Assembly (NCBI GenBank): GCA_038496445.1
Contig: JALMLS010000220.1
Span: 62,001 to 126,000 of the forward strand
Length of the DNA: 64,000 bases
Direction: 5' to 3'
Origin: Trichosphaerium sp. ATCC 40318
Lineage: Eukaryota; Protista; Tubulinea
The position numbers and the translations under genes are program-made. The notes below the pieces were generated by a model. The model was not told where the DNA came from, searched no databases, and saw nothing but the letters and a program-made list of their open reading frames with translations. Shown here piece by piece: positions 1 through 12,584 of this stretch; positions within the stretch are counted from its first letter, which is position 1, and each line of letters starts with the position of its first letter.

Positions 1-261
1 GTGTAAGCTTAATTAAAAAAAACAAATAATAAAAGGAGAAAACCAAAAAAAAAAAAAAGGCGTATCACTAAGTGGCGTATCTAGATGGTTCCCAAAAAAA
101 ACCCCTAGGCGGCTCTACTCTTAACGCGGTAAAATTGGTAAAGAATGCGGTTTTTGGTGCTCCACACAACATACAAATAGACTTTCAGTGAATTTGGTTA
201 TTTTTACGTTGCCAAAGTCAAATTCGAACGTTTAAACAATCCGCAACAGCTATAGGGAATA

Positions 262-949
262 ATGACTGAGGTTTGTAAAGTAGTTATCTTAGGAGATGGT
301 GGCATTGGTAAATCGGCGTTAATGGTGAGATACGTTTATAACGAGTTTGTACTCAACTACGACCCTACCTTGGAGTATGACGATGCTAAAGAAACGGAAA
401 TTGATGGTAACAATACAAAAATAGAGATAATTGACACAGCAGGCCGCGAAGAGTTCTCAGCATTCTTCAACCAGGTAGTACACAGCTATCAATAGTACAG
501 CTGGGTTTTTAACATACTTGTTAGCTCTATAGAGAGGGAGACTGTTTTTTATTACTTTATTCAATCGATAACAAACAAAGTTTTGAAGCGGTAGATGATT
601 ACGTACATAAGGTTCTACGGTACATCTACAAAGACTTTTTTTTGATCAACTCTGCAAACAGTTGCTGACTCAAAAACATAGAGCCAGAGATCCTGAGAAT
701 GAGGAAGAGTTATTCCCAATGGTATTGGTTGGAACTAAAAGTGATTTGATTAATATAAGACAAGTATCAGAACAGCAAGGAAAGGATAAGGCTAAAGAAT
801 ATAATATTCCTTTCTTTGAGACATCATCAAAGGAAGGTGTTAATGTAATAAGTACTTTTGAAGAAGCAGTTAGAGAAACAAGACGTTATCATACAAAGAC
901 GACAGAACCTCAAACTAACAAGAAATCAACAAGGTGTTTGATCATGTAA
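262..949 (+). CDS. Ras-family small GTPase (3 exons: 262-474, 525-619, 682-949)
   Basis: G1 GDGGIGKS, effector-like YDPTLE, G3 DTAGREE, G4 GTKSDL, G5 ETSSK, C-terminal CaaX CLIM. Two GT-AG introns join the frames. Confidence 0.93.
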
Positions 950-1169
950 ATATCCTTTGAATAACTCCACAAGTACTTCACAGGTATCCTGACATGTATC
1001 TATTGTTGTAAGTGTACTACCAGGCCGCTGGTTTACAGTACTTTGTTGGAATAATAACTGTTATTAATTCTTGTAATCTTTGGCTAAGTGAGCCGTCCTT
1101 GTATAATAAACCTACTTCAACTAATTAAAAGGAATTCTTTCACTCATTTTTTTTCTTTTTTTTTTCTCA

Positions 1170-2095
1170 TTAAGCATGCTCAAATAGAGGTGTCTCATCA
1201 TCTGCTATGTTTAGATTATGTTTCCACATGGACATAGCAGATGTTACATATGATATAGCATCACTTTTATCAAGTTGATGTTCACATAAAGATAGTTCTC
1301 TTCTTATAAGTGATGATGCTTTATCTTCATATCCACTTTGTACCAAAAAACCATGATAAGAAAAAACAACATCAACACGCATAGATTGTGATGCGCCATA
1401 GTTTTCTTCAGCCATAGTCATCGCTTTCTCATATGATTCCATTGCTTCTTTTAATTGATTTTCACATCTCTTAATGTCATTGTCATCTTTAAAAACGTAC
1501 CAAAGTTGTTTATGAAGAACTGCTTTTGATAAGTGAACAAAAAGTGTCTTTTTTATCCCAGTTACATGAGGAATCAAAAACTTTTTAATCACGTGTAATC
1601 CATCCAATACAATGTATTCTATTTCTTCTCTACAACTCTTTGACAGCTTATTTAATACTCTCAGCTTATCCACACGCTTTGGGTCGCTTCAAAAAGAGGT
1701 TAAAAAGAGTCCGAAAAAGTCAAAAAAAAAAGCTTGTACTTTGGTTCTATGTCCTGTAAATGGCTTTTATATACTCTTAACGCACAATTTTGATTACTGA
1801 GAGCATGTAAATAACCTGTAAGCCCGTTTTGTAAGTTCTCGTATGTAATATTCTTCGTTTTTTGTTCTATTAGAAGCTCCTTTATGTATGCGATCATTTG
1901 GGGGTAATCATCAGCCTAACGGTTTGTATTAGCTGAAAACGGTAATGCGTAATAGCTTTGACGCACGGAATGAGCTGCTTTGGCTAATGAGACCAAAGCG
2001 TTATGTTGTAACAGCATCAGTCGGTTTGTTTTTTCCTCTTTCTGTTTTAGGTCTTTTGATGCGTCTTGGTTAACGCTAGAATCTTGCAGCAACAT
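1170..2095 (-). CDS. Highly divergent 14-3-3-like protein (3 exons)
   Basis: The spliced product follows the 14-3-3 helix pattern throughout: LVSLAKAAHSADDYPQM; REEIEYIVLDGLHVIKKFLIP; EAMESYEKAMTMAEENY..SMRVDVVFSY; MSMWKHNLNI versus canonical IMQLLRDNLTLW. Confidence 0.75.
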
Positions 2096-2537
2096 CAAAT
2101 GTCTTTATTTCGTAAATCAGAATCTACATTATGAAATAAACTGACTGTTTGAAAACTCGCACCAAATTCATTTGATTTGAAGATTACTCTCCGTTGTTTA
2201 CCACTCTAGTACACAGTGTATACGTTAAGGTTCCTCATGCAAAACTATTACCTCCACATAAATGGAAAAGACTACTGACTTTTTGACACAAACACGTTGT
2301 AGTGAAAATCTTCAAATCTAAAAACAATGCACTGACTTTTAAAAAACAATATTTATTTATCTGAGTGCTTTGTGTATTTGTGTTTCGGAGCTTAATAAGC
2401 GAAAGTTTAATGTGATTGTGTTACACAACACTTCGTGCTGAAGTGCTAATAGAGACTTCTGTTTAAAGTCTGTGAGTAAGTACAGTGTTGTCATTATTTC
2501 AATTCCTTCGTGATCTCTCTGTAGAGGTTTGCAACCA

Positions 2538-3880
2538 CTATTGTTCCTATGAGACTACCCAATGCTACTTGTGTTAAGCCATACCAGAATGTAGACCACA
2601 CGGAACAGTTCGAGGTCGGTCAAGGTTCCAAAGGTGTCAACTGTTTCGGGTTTCTTTCAAAAAAAAAAAAACTTCATCAGATTTATCCATACTGACGCCA
2701 GTTGCTTAGAGCAAGCTCCCACATATCATTGTCAGCCCACTCCTCTTCTTCTTCCCCACAAGCTTCCTTACATATGTAAGGTTGCTTTTCGAGTAGTTGA
2801 GGGTATGCGTGTTCTGTAACGTGAGCCATCATTACATAGTAACAAAATGGACCTTCGTTACAAAACGGGCATTTAAAAGATCGTTCATCGAATAAACCCG
2901 AAGACTCTTCTGCTGCTCCACCGATCATACTTTGTATCAATGGATTGCTTACGTATTTATCTGACTTGTAAACGTGCATTTGTTGGCGGATTAAGTGCGC
3001 TTTTCGAGCTTCGTGCGTTTTTTTTGTTCCTTTGTAGAAAGGGTATTTTATGTTGTTTATAGGCAAGCAGTGATCGTCATGCCTTCTACAGACGCATTGT
3101 TTCTTTATTTCGTTCTCACCAACCTCTCTATTTTTAATAATCTTTGCAGTTATCTGACAACGTCGCGTCATTAGTTTTTGAGCTGGTGTTGTTGGTTCTT
3201 GATGGTTTAAACAGCACATACCGCCTAAACGAGCTTTTTAATTTAGAGTTTTTGACAAAAAACGTAAAACGGGAATTCTAGCCCGGGTTGTTCCTAAAAT
3301 AAAACTTTCTTTACATACCTTTAATAGGTGCAAGAACAGTGCCTACAGGAGGTCTTTTTTGTCTCATCCCAATGTAGTACAACGTTTTTAAAGTGAAAAC
3401 TTCGCCGTATGCGTGTACGTAGTAGATAGCTAAAGAAAAAGGTGTTAGTTAAACGTAGATGTAAGTTGTGGGTTTTTTTTATCGCAATTTTTAACTTTTT
3501 GGTTTTTGGCGTTTTTATGTACTTACGATCACCGTTAGTTTCAAATGAATAAGTTATATCTACTCCTGGGTCTACGTGGTACATTTTCCTTGTTCCATTT
3601 GGTTGAGGCCAAACAAGGTGTAAGCATTGTGTACGTTTCTCTAACTTGAACGCTAGCTATAACAGAACAACGTAAGCTAAAAAGCGGCCAACAGGAATTT
3701 GAAAAAAGAGCTTGTTCTGAATACACGTACAATTCCTTTACACAAGAAGAGCGCTTTATATAGTTGTACAAGAGCAAACATTGGGACGTTCCATACACCT
3801 TTACCCAGTTGGTACGTCTCACAAGGTTTCCTCTCGATGGTTTTTATGTTATTGTTTTTATGATGGTTGCAGCAAGACAT
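2538..3880 (-). CDS. Hypothetical Cys/His-rich protein with a C2H2-like zinc finger (multi-exon; 3' end uncertain)
   Basis: ORF pieces join in frame through GT-AG introns. Contains CPFCNEGPFCYYVMMAHVTEH. Confidence 0.6.
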
Positions 3881-4716
3881 AGCAAGCAGTGGTTGTTTTT
3901 TTGATTTTTTTTTTTGTAGTTCTGATGAAGTTAGACTTAAGGACTTAACTTCTCCTTCGCTCTAAATCGGGAGCTTGTGCAAATTGAATATTGTGTATAA
4001 TTCAGCTCTAATAGAGTCGGTGGAACCGTAATTGACAGATTCTGCGTTAAGTTGTCGTCATCATTAGCGGGTTTTATGCCCAGAAAGGAATTCGAGTTTT
4101 TGAACTCCTGAAATGCGCTAGTGCTCTTTTTGTAGAGCAAAAAGGACTTCAGTGTCGAATTTTATGTACCAACGGTACTTCTGTGCAACTAGTCGGAATT
4201 TCAGCTGGAAACTTCAAATATCGTCAGAAAGTGCCTTCAAAACACTAACCTACGCATGTAAAACTATTAAAACAAAAGCCAAATTAAACTCACAACAGAA
4301 TTCTAAATTACAGAAAATCCGAAAGAAGGTCAACACAACCCATTTCATAAGAAACTCCATTAATAATCTCTTGACAATTTCAAAAAAAAAACCAAGAAAC
4401 TTCCATTCTGTTCCGTCTTTCCAACAAAACTTTGTAAAATATCATATCTCGTCATTATAATGGTACAACAATAGCACTCCAACTAGCGAATTTATTTGTA
4501 CAACAAACAACGTAATAAACACATACAATTGTTTAAACCAAACCCACACTATTTTTTTTTATTATTCTACACACTACATCATCAACACAACAATATAAAA
4601 AGAGAGAAAAAAAAAATCAGAAATTTCTTTTTTTTTCCCTCCGTTTTTCCATCTCCGCTTCTTTAAAAATTCGCCATTCTGCCATTCTGTCAATTCTGTC
4701 AATTCTTCTTTTAGCT

Positions 4717-7529
4717 TTATCCGAATATTTCTTTAGCATTAAATTCAGCTTGAGGCTCCTTCTCTGTACGCCTTCTATTTACACTTGCGAGAGAATTTGT
4801 CTTTGTTGCTTTAAGAGTATCATTTAAAATCTTATCAATAGTCCTATCATCATATGTTGTATGTTTAGTATCCCTTGAAGCCATTTGTTTAACCAAATCA
4901 GAAACAGGTACATCAAGCTTAACAAATTTCGAAGAAGCTAATTTCCAATGCATACGAACACCTAAGAAAGTAAAAACAAAAAAAAAAACAAAGAAAAAAA
5001 AAACCAAGAAAAAAAAAGCAGAATTTCTGCTTCTCTATCTACAGTTCTATGCGTTCAAATCCTCACAACCTTTTTTCTCCCCACCCACAGAACAACCAAC
5101 ATTCTATTTCGCAGGCTAGTGTTTGAAGATTGGGAGGGTAAAAAAAAGTGAAGAATTTGAACGCTTTGAAGTGTATTTCGATGTTGTGCTGTTTGTTTAC
5201 TTGGCATTGCATAAATTTTATAAGACGTACGTAATTGTTTTGACCGAAGTTCTCTTAAGGTCCAGTGTGGTGGTTTTTTTGTTCCAGGAGGTAATTGTAA
5301 TTTTCTGTAAGCAACAATGATTTCATTACATTGAACTTGGCAAAGAGTAGCACTCTCTATCTGTTCATGTGTTACAGCCATTATTCTTAAGACCTATACA
5401 AACTATCGTTAGCAGGCACAGCAAAACAAAAGGTAAGGGATAGAGAGAAGTATAAAATATAGAGGTGGGCAACAAGGAAGTCTTTAACGTACTTCCGCAG
5501 CTCTTTCCCAAAAGAAAAGGTTCAATGAAAAGTCGTGGCGTGTTGACGCTTCATCTATTGTTTCAACTGCAAGTTCCCAGTTACTACCCAACTCAGCAGC
5601 TGTAAGTAGTTTTGGGAATGTCATAATATCCAAAAAGATGCCTTGGTCCTTCATAGCACTCCGTATTTCAAGAACTTCATCAAAATTTCTTAATTCAATA
5701 GCTGCAGTCATTGCTGCGTTATGCAGGATACGCCATCGTTTTCTGTTTATTGCAGGTTCACCATCGAGTAATTCTTTACAACTTCCATAGTATTCGCGCC
5801 ATTCAGGATCTTTGGCACGACCTTAAATGCATTATTAGTGTTCGTTGAAATAAAAAAAATAAACAACGAACCAAGTGAAAGAATCATAGACACATGAGCT
5901 TGTAGGTTAGGTTTGAGTAAATATTTTGTAGTCATCTCTTTCCAAATAGCTCTAGCTCCTTCAGAATCAGACTAGAGAGTGATTTAGGATGAAAAAGACT
6001 GAAGGGAACAGAACTGTTTGAATTCAAAAAAAAAAAGAAAGAAATGACGATTAATAATCCCAAAGTAAATTATTCTTACCGATTTAGCATATACACGCAA
6101 GAAAGATAAATATGTTTCAAGTGAAGGATTGTTACCTTCTTCTAGAAACTCTTTCCATTCTGTAAAAAAAAAGTCAATAAAAAAAAACGGTTCATTTTTC
6201 TACACCCATGCTAACTTACTTTGCATCTTAGTCAAGTGACCAAGCTTTGATTCAAGTTTAATAATAGAATTGATAATCTAAAGAGACCATTAAAGACGGA
6301 TAACAGAGCGAGAGAAAAAAAAAACAAAGCAGAGATTCTGTAGTAAATTTGTTTTTAAAGTGAACGTACTCCAAAACCAAGAGAAAACCCTATTTCTTGT
6401 ACACGCTCAACAATACCATAGGCCATTTTCCTGTATTCTCTTTGAGTTTCTTTTTCAATGCCATCATGTATTATACGCGAAAGTGACGCCAAGGCAGCAT
6501 CATAGGCTAACAACAATTAGGACTCATTTTTTAAAAAACAGTAAACAACCAAGCAAGCAAGAGTACTGCTTGCTTGATTATTATACCAAATCGTACCTCT
6601 GTAAGGAATGTGTTGACCTTCAAAACAGTTATTAGCTTTCCACATCTCAATAACCTGATAGCATTTGCCTTGGGTGTAGCACTCTATAACCTCCTAAACG
6701 AATATTTCAGCGTCAAATCAAAAAATCCCTTGACTATAAACCAGGATTTTTAAGAATACAAAAAACTGTCCACTGAACTCTTGTAGAGCGTACTAGGCGT
6801 AAACGCGCTCTTTTTGGGAGAAAAAAATTCCATAAAAAAGAATCGAACGTACATTCGCTGCACGGTAAAGATCCGCCTTTAACATACGTCTTTGGGAGTC
6901 ACTAGATTGTAGAGAAGCTGATACAACGCCTGTATATTTCATAACACTCTCATCGTAGTCGTAATGCTTTTCATCTGTGTAACTTAGATTTTTGTCAAAA
7001 CTAGCCTTTGGGCGACGTGATTTGTTTTCTGGCATAGCGATCTCTACGCCAACAAGCAAATCTGACTCCTCAGCTTGATCCTAACGGAAGTTAAGCAAAA
7101 AAAACGCTTGGTTTTTGGATGCTTTTTTTTTTTGGCGCTTGGGTGCTCTTACGCGTATAAAGCAAATGATATATAGAAAGGGGGAACACGTACAACTTCG
7201 TCAAGAAAACTTTCTTCGCCGGGTAGATCAATATCTGCACCTTCAACATCACCTTGGTCGTGGGCGTCAGCAAATTCTGTGTGAGATTCTGGCTGTTTCT
7301 CGCCCAATGCAGGAATGTCTACTAGGGGTATAGGATTTTTTTTGGCATGGGGGCTCGTGTTGAGGGCTCCCAAAGACTCTAATGAACACCAACGCTTGGC
7401 AGAACGAAGAGTATATTTCCTAGTTTTTACCCGATTTACGTTCTTACACACGACTATAGTGCGTTTAGGGGTTTTACAGCATTGTTGTGAGGATGTGTGG
7501 CGCGCAACAGAAGTGAGTTTGCGTAGCAT
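4717..7529 (-). CDS. Pentatricopeptide-repeat (PPR) protein, probably mitochondrial
   Basis: Basic, Ser/Thr-rich presequence-like N-terminus. PPR-like units: PSLETYLSFLRVYAK..ARAIWKEM..KPNLQAHVSMI; HNAAMTAAIELRNFDEVLEIRSAMKDQGIFLDIMTFPKLL. One junction near 5070 needs a 1-nt homopolymer correction. Confidence 0.75.
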
Positions 7530-8058
7530 GTTGCTAAATGTTCTACAACGTATTAGGACTCATAGAGAGTACTTTACACGCATGTATACTTTTTTGCGTG
7601 AACTCATACCTTTGTGAGTTTATAGAGTGCCAGTGAGTGCGCACAACCAACTTCTAGGCTTATTGTCTACAAAGTTCGTACAGCAAAAAACAGGTCAAAC
7701 TGCTTCTTAGTTATTGTCGCTCGCCTAGCGCAATGGTGCGTATAAAGTGGCTACCGGCATCTCCACTGCTCTACCTATCGATTGAGCTTATTTGGTCCCG
7801 TTTGTATTTATCAATGAGAATAGTTGAAGTAAACGTAACACCACGCAGGAAAATTGCTTTTGGAAAACTAAAACCATGTTTTTTCGCGCTACGAAATATT
7901 TTTGGTCACAATTGGGAACAATAACACAAAGGCATATTATGATGTTCTGGAACCAAACCCTGCGTGAAAACGCCTACGGCGCTCCTCTGAGAGGAAAAGA
8001 AGGAACAACTTGTTGCAACTAAGTCATCCAATTCACCTAAATGAGTTAATCGCGCACC

Positions 8059-9065
8059 ATGGCTGAGTCAGACCAATCAGATGAATCATATGAATCAAAC
8101 TACTCGTTGCGCCTCAAACTAGTGCTTGTAGGTGATACAGGGGTTGGTACGAATAGTTATTTTGAAATAAACGCTAACAAAGCTAATGGGTGTAAAGGTA
8201 AGACATCTCTAATAAGCAGAGCAGCTCTAGGTAACGTTTAAAGCAAATCTTCGTCTAACTTAGATTCACATAGATAGATTTCCCCAGGAATACATACCAA
8301 CTGTTCTCGAGCCAACCGGGTATCATAATATTAAGACAAATTGGCTGTAACTCAAAATAGGATAAATGTACAAACGGTTTTTTATGATGATGTTTTGTTA
8401 AGTGCGTCGTGAAACAAAAAAAATGAAAATCTCTAACACCAGAATCTTAAAAGCCTTATGGGATACAGTTGGAAACTATGACGATTATTGTTGCGACAAC
8501 CTGCGGCATACATTGAAATACGCGGAAACGGTACAAACCCGCACGTGAACGAACATTAACCCAAAAATAGAATGTTTTTCTTTTAGTTTTTGATGTGTCC
8601 AACAGAACGTCTTTTATACACATCATAGATAGGGTACATGTTTAATAAACTACATAGTATCGACATCTTATGTTTCGATTGTAGTGGGTTCTAGAGGTAG
8701 AGCATTATTGGCCTGATGCAGTTATAGTGCTTGTTGGTAATAAATCTGATTTGCGAAAGAAAGACAAAGAACAAGTGACAAAAGAAGAAGTTATGGACTT
8801 TGTCAAGGAGTTCAATGTAAGTTAATATCAATTGTTCAAAAATCCTTAACAACAACACCAAGTTGTACAGCTACATTGAAACAAGCGCACTAAATAACAC
8901 TGGAGTCAAAGAAAGTATGTACTAGTTTTATCTGAAAAAACATTTATTAGATTGCTAGCTATTACAGAAGCTGCTACGCTTGGATGTGCTGTATGGTTCA
9001 AACATGATAAGGACACGAATGAAATGATAGAAAAGGAAGATACAAAGTCGTGTATTATAATGTAA
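8059..9065 (+). CDS. Divergent Rho/Rac-family small GTPase (9 exons)
   Basis: KLVLVGDTGVGKTSL, FPQEYIPTV, LWDTVGN, LVGNKSDLR, YIETSAL, CaaX CIIM. Eight short GT-AG introns keep the frame. Confidence 0.88.
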
Positions 9066-9332
9066 AATTAAGTTATTTGTTGATACAAAAATAGTTTGAT
9101 AAAAAAATATTCAGTAAATATCAATGTTGTTTGCTCTTGAGTTCGTGTTTAATGTATGTTATCTGTATGGAACTACTCTTGTGGCTTGACTATGTGTAAT
9201 GCGGGTTTAATTTATTCTCTCACAGCGATCATGTATAATTATGCAGAGTAGTGGATATAACCAGTGCATTTTCAAGGGATAAAAAAATGTGAGTGTTACC
9301 TTGATGAAGTAGAACGGATTCCTTGTCTTTAT

Positions 9333-11927
9333 TTATTTCTTATTTCGTATCCTTATTATAGCTTCTAGTAACCAATCCATGGCTTGTAATAATCCTTCAC
9401 CTGAAGTAGCACAGCAAGACTCTACATGTATCTCACTATGACTTAGTTCGCCAACCTTTTCAAGATCCAAAGCTTTTGCAATTTCCTCTGCAGTCTTGGC
9501 GCTTCTTAAGTCTTGTTTATTGCAAATAATCAATAGCGGCAGTCCCTTGATTAACGTTAGATGACGAACAAAACATACAAGAAAATCCAAAACATGGACG
9601 TACATCAAGGAACCGAACAATGCGATGTAACTCATTTCTTGCTTCATTGAATCTAAAAGAGTTTTCGCTATCAACAACAAAAATTGTTGCATCTCTTTCT
9701 GCTTCCTTGAGATATGTGCCCCACTGAGTAGAATAGGTTAATAAAGTAAAGAATCTCGCATGTGTATGTAACTAAAACTTCAAACCTCAATCAAACAATT
9801 GAGATTAACTCAAGTCTCACGGGTTTCAAAAAAAAAAATTCAAAAAAGCTTGGACGCTTACTAATTTTCTTATCTTTGGTAATCCACCCATATCCTAAGT
9901 AACAATCAATCAATCAATAGTTATGAAATGTGTTGGTAAAAGAAAATTTCTGTAGAAGCTAGTCATGTGATGGTACGTACCCACATCTTAATGTTTGCTC
10001 CTTGATGCGAAAATGTCTCACAGTTGAATCCAATTGTTGACATTGTAGGCACATTTTCTTGTCTTGTTAACCAGTATGTTATTGTCGTCTTTCCAGAATT
10101 ATCAAGACCGACCATCATTAGTTGTAGTTCAACGTTAGAATGTTTTCCTTTTAATGTTTCAATCTCAGCAATATCTTCAAGCATTATTGGAAGACCATAG
10201 AAATCAACATCTGCCCTTAGCATTTGAAGCTTTGTTGTGTCATTTGGAGAGATTACTTTACCAGTTCTCAAGAAGTTAAGTATTATACCTTACATAACAT
10301 TAGAAAAAATAGAAGCAAACAGCGATGACGCAGACGAACGCGAAAGAAAAAAGTGTTGAAACTAAAAAACTCACCAAAGTTTTCAGGGTCCTTGTCAATA
10401 AATACTGCTCCTTGCTCGTCTTTCTTTACTATATGGCGGCCACTGAACATAGCACCTAACATGGAATTTGGATACTTTCGTAGTGTCTCAACAGATGTTT
10501 CAAATCTAGACGAACAGGAAGTCAGAAAACGTCAATGCCAAAATAAGAAAAATAACCAAGGCGTACAGTTTACCACCAACGTTTAGTTTGACTTTCTCTT
10601 CAGCCCATCCACAATTCTCTATCCTATTTTTACGTTCCTCCCACTCTTCTCTTTCAGCTTGTAAAGATGCCCTTGCAGCTTGAAGTTCATCATCAATTTT
10701 GTTTTTCTGGATCTGAAAATCATTTTTCATTTTTATCAACTTTGCTGATACATAATCGTCTATTTGTATTTTTAAAGATTGGTGTATACTCTCAACTTTA
10801 TCCTCAAGACTAACATTGGAACCTGAAAAAAATCAGAACGGAACAAACTCAATTTTTTTGCTGGATTTTTTGTTTCTTCAAATCACGTGCTTTGTATAAC
10901 AGATAGAGCGTATTTTCCAATCTCAGCGCAAAGGTCATCAGGTGCGCACTATTTTTGCAATTAGACATAAGAGAAAAAAAGAGTATTGAAAATCACGTGC
11001 ATCTGCAATTGTTTTACCCGCATCATTAACAACATAAAGGCAATCAGGTCTATTTACCGTATCATTAGCAGGAAGAAAAGTTGCACAAGTGACGCACCCA
11101 ACAAATTCTAATATTTGTCTCATTTGCTTTTTAAACCCTGCTGTTCCTCCAGCGAGATGTAGCTGCTCCATAAGAAAGTGTATGGCAGTTTGAGATTCTA
11201 TAAAAGGTAAAAAAAAACCTTAGTGCAAAAATTGTTCTGTTACGTACTTAGTCCATTGATGTTGTATTCCTTAAACTTCAGCAATGTATATTTTCTAAGA
11301 GTGCACTTTGCCCAGTTTGAAGTTATAGCTTGTTGTGCTTGCGTAGCCGATACCGCGACACCACTCACTACGCCGTGTAAGAAAAAGCGAACTTAATGTA
11401 AGACCATCTTTTACGTACAGCACAAAGTTAGCTCAACAATAACTATTGATGCTCCTACAGGGAGTACGTAATGAACTCCTCTAGCTACAGCAGGGATGCA
11501 TACTGGAGTATCCAAATCAATTGGATTCCGTTTCAAGAAAACCTTAATCAAATGTACTAGTATGCTTAGAATAGCGACGTTGACAGGAAAAACGTACACA
11601 TCTTCGTTAGAATGCTTGGATCGGTTACAGCAGTCATTGACGCGTAAGCAAGTATTATGGCACCTTTTGCAGGTATTAGTTACATGTTGGTTCTGTTGAC
11701 AGCACCTGGAGTCGTTTTGAATGGCTCTATTCTATCATTGGGCAAGATTTGATCTATTTCTTCGTTTAAATCAACTCCTGCTTCAGCCTTTAACGTAATA
11801 ACGTTTTGTACGTATGCAGACGGTTGCTAAATGGTTCAGTTATTAGAGTGCCAATGCTGACGTTTCGTAAACGTACATTTATGCCATGAGTACTTAAAGT
11901 ACTACCAAGAGCGTGTATTATGTCCAT
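9333..11927 (-). CDS. KCTD-type BTB/POZ (T1) domain fused to an Arf-like GTPase, with a coiled coil and an unknown N-terminal region (fusion of 10891-11927 depends on GC-AG introns; otherwise the start is 10730)
   Basis: BTB: VKLNVGGKLFETSVETLRKYPNSMLGAMFSGR..GAVFIDKDPENFGIILNFLRTG..ADVDFYGL. In the same exon it runs into Arf motifs MVGLDNSGKTT and TIGFNCE, followed by WDMGG, FVVDS, NKQDL, SCCATSGEGL..MDWL. Confidence 0.85.
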
Positions 11928-12584
11928 GTGAAGTGTACTATCAAATAAGGGGCAACCACGTTGCAAGGGACTGACTTAACTTTCGTTTGTTTTGGATGTT
12001 TAAGTTCTACTTTTAGTCAATTGTTCCGCTAGCACGAGGGCATCAATTCCATCGCTAGTTAAAAAACAAAGGGCCACATAACGTAAGAGGTATCAAGGTA
12101 TGTTTTAACGCGTTTTAGCAAAATACATGTGTAAATAATCAGTTTTTGGTAAAACTTTACAAAAAAACTCTTTATTAAAACATATGCGCTTTTAGACTAG
12201 AAATAGAAAAAGATTTAAACGTTGTGAATCGCAAGAAGTTCTTTTTACTCAGTTTAGTTTTTGTAAAACAAACACTATTGCTGCCTTGTTTTAGCACCAA
12301 TCTACCTCCAATATTGTATTTTGGCGTTTACTATGCTGTTGAAAGCGTATCTAAGTATGTATCCTAGATTTGCGTTTTCCTTTCGTTTTTTTTTTGTATT
12401 CCGGCACTCTGACGTCATAAACATATTGCTCCGATAAAACCGGTGCGTATCATTAATAGTCTGTTGAAAAGTAGTAATTACTAACTACAAAATGTTGCAA
12501 AAAAAAAAATGCAAAAAAACTTAAATTCCGCCTAAGGTAGCTAAACTATCCTGTAAATAAGGAAGTCAATGCAATACAACTCCG

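Noticed and set aside
950-958. ATATCCTTT U12-type donor (also on the minus strand near 24040)
   Set aside because: It lies after the Ras stop codon or outside a supported gene, with no matching U12 branch point and AC acceptor.
3937-4460. Short ORFs between the zinc-finger and PPR genes
   Set aside because: No consistent spliced frame and no recognisable motifs.
4672-4706. Short tandem repeats (GCCATTCT x2, GTCAATTCT x2), also (AATC)n near 9904 and CCCTAG/CCCTAA near 20995
   Set aside because: Too short to imply function; not CRISPR-like and not a telomeric array.
5055-5095. Apparent frameshift in the PPR gene (programmed shift or odd splice)
   Set aside because: It falls in an A6 homopolymer. 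A one-base sequencing error is the simpler explanation.
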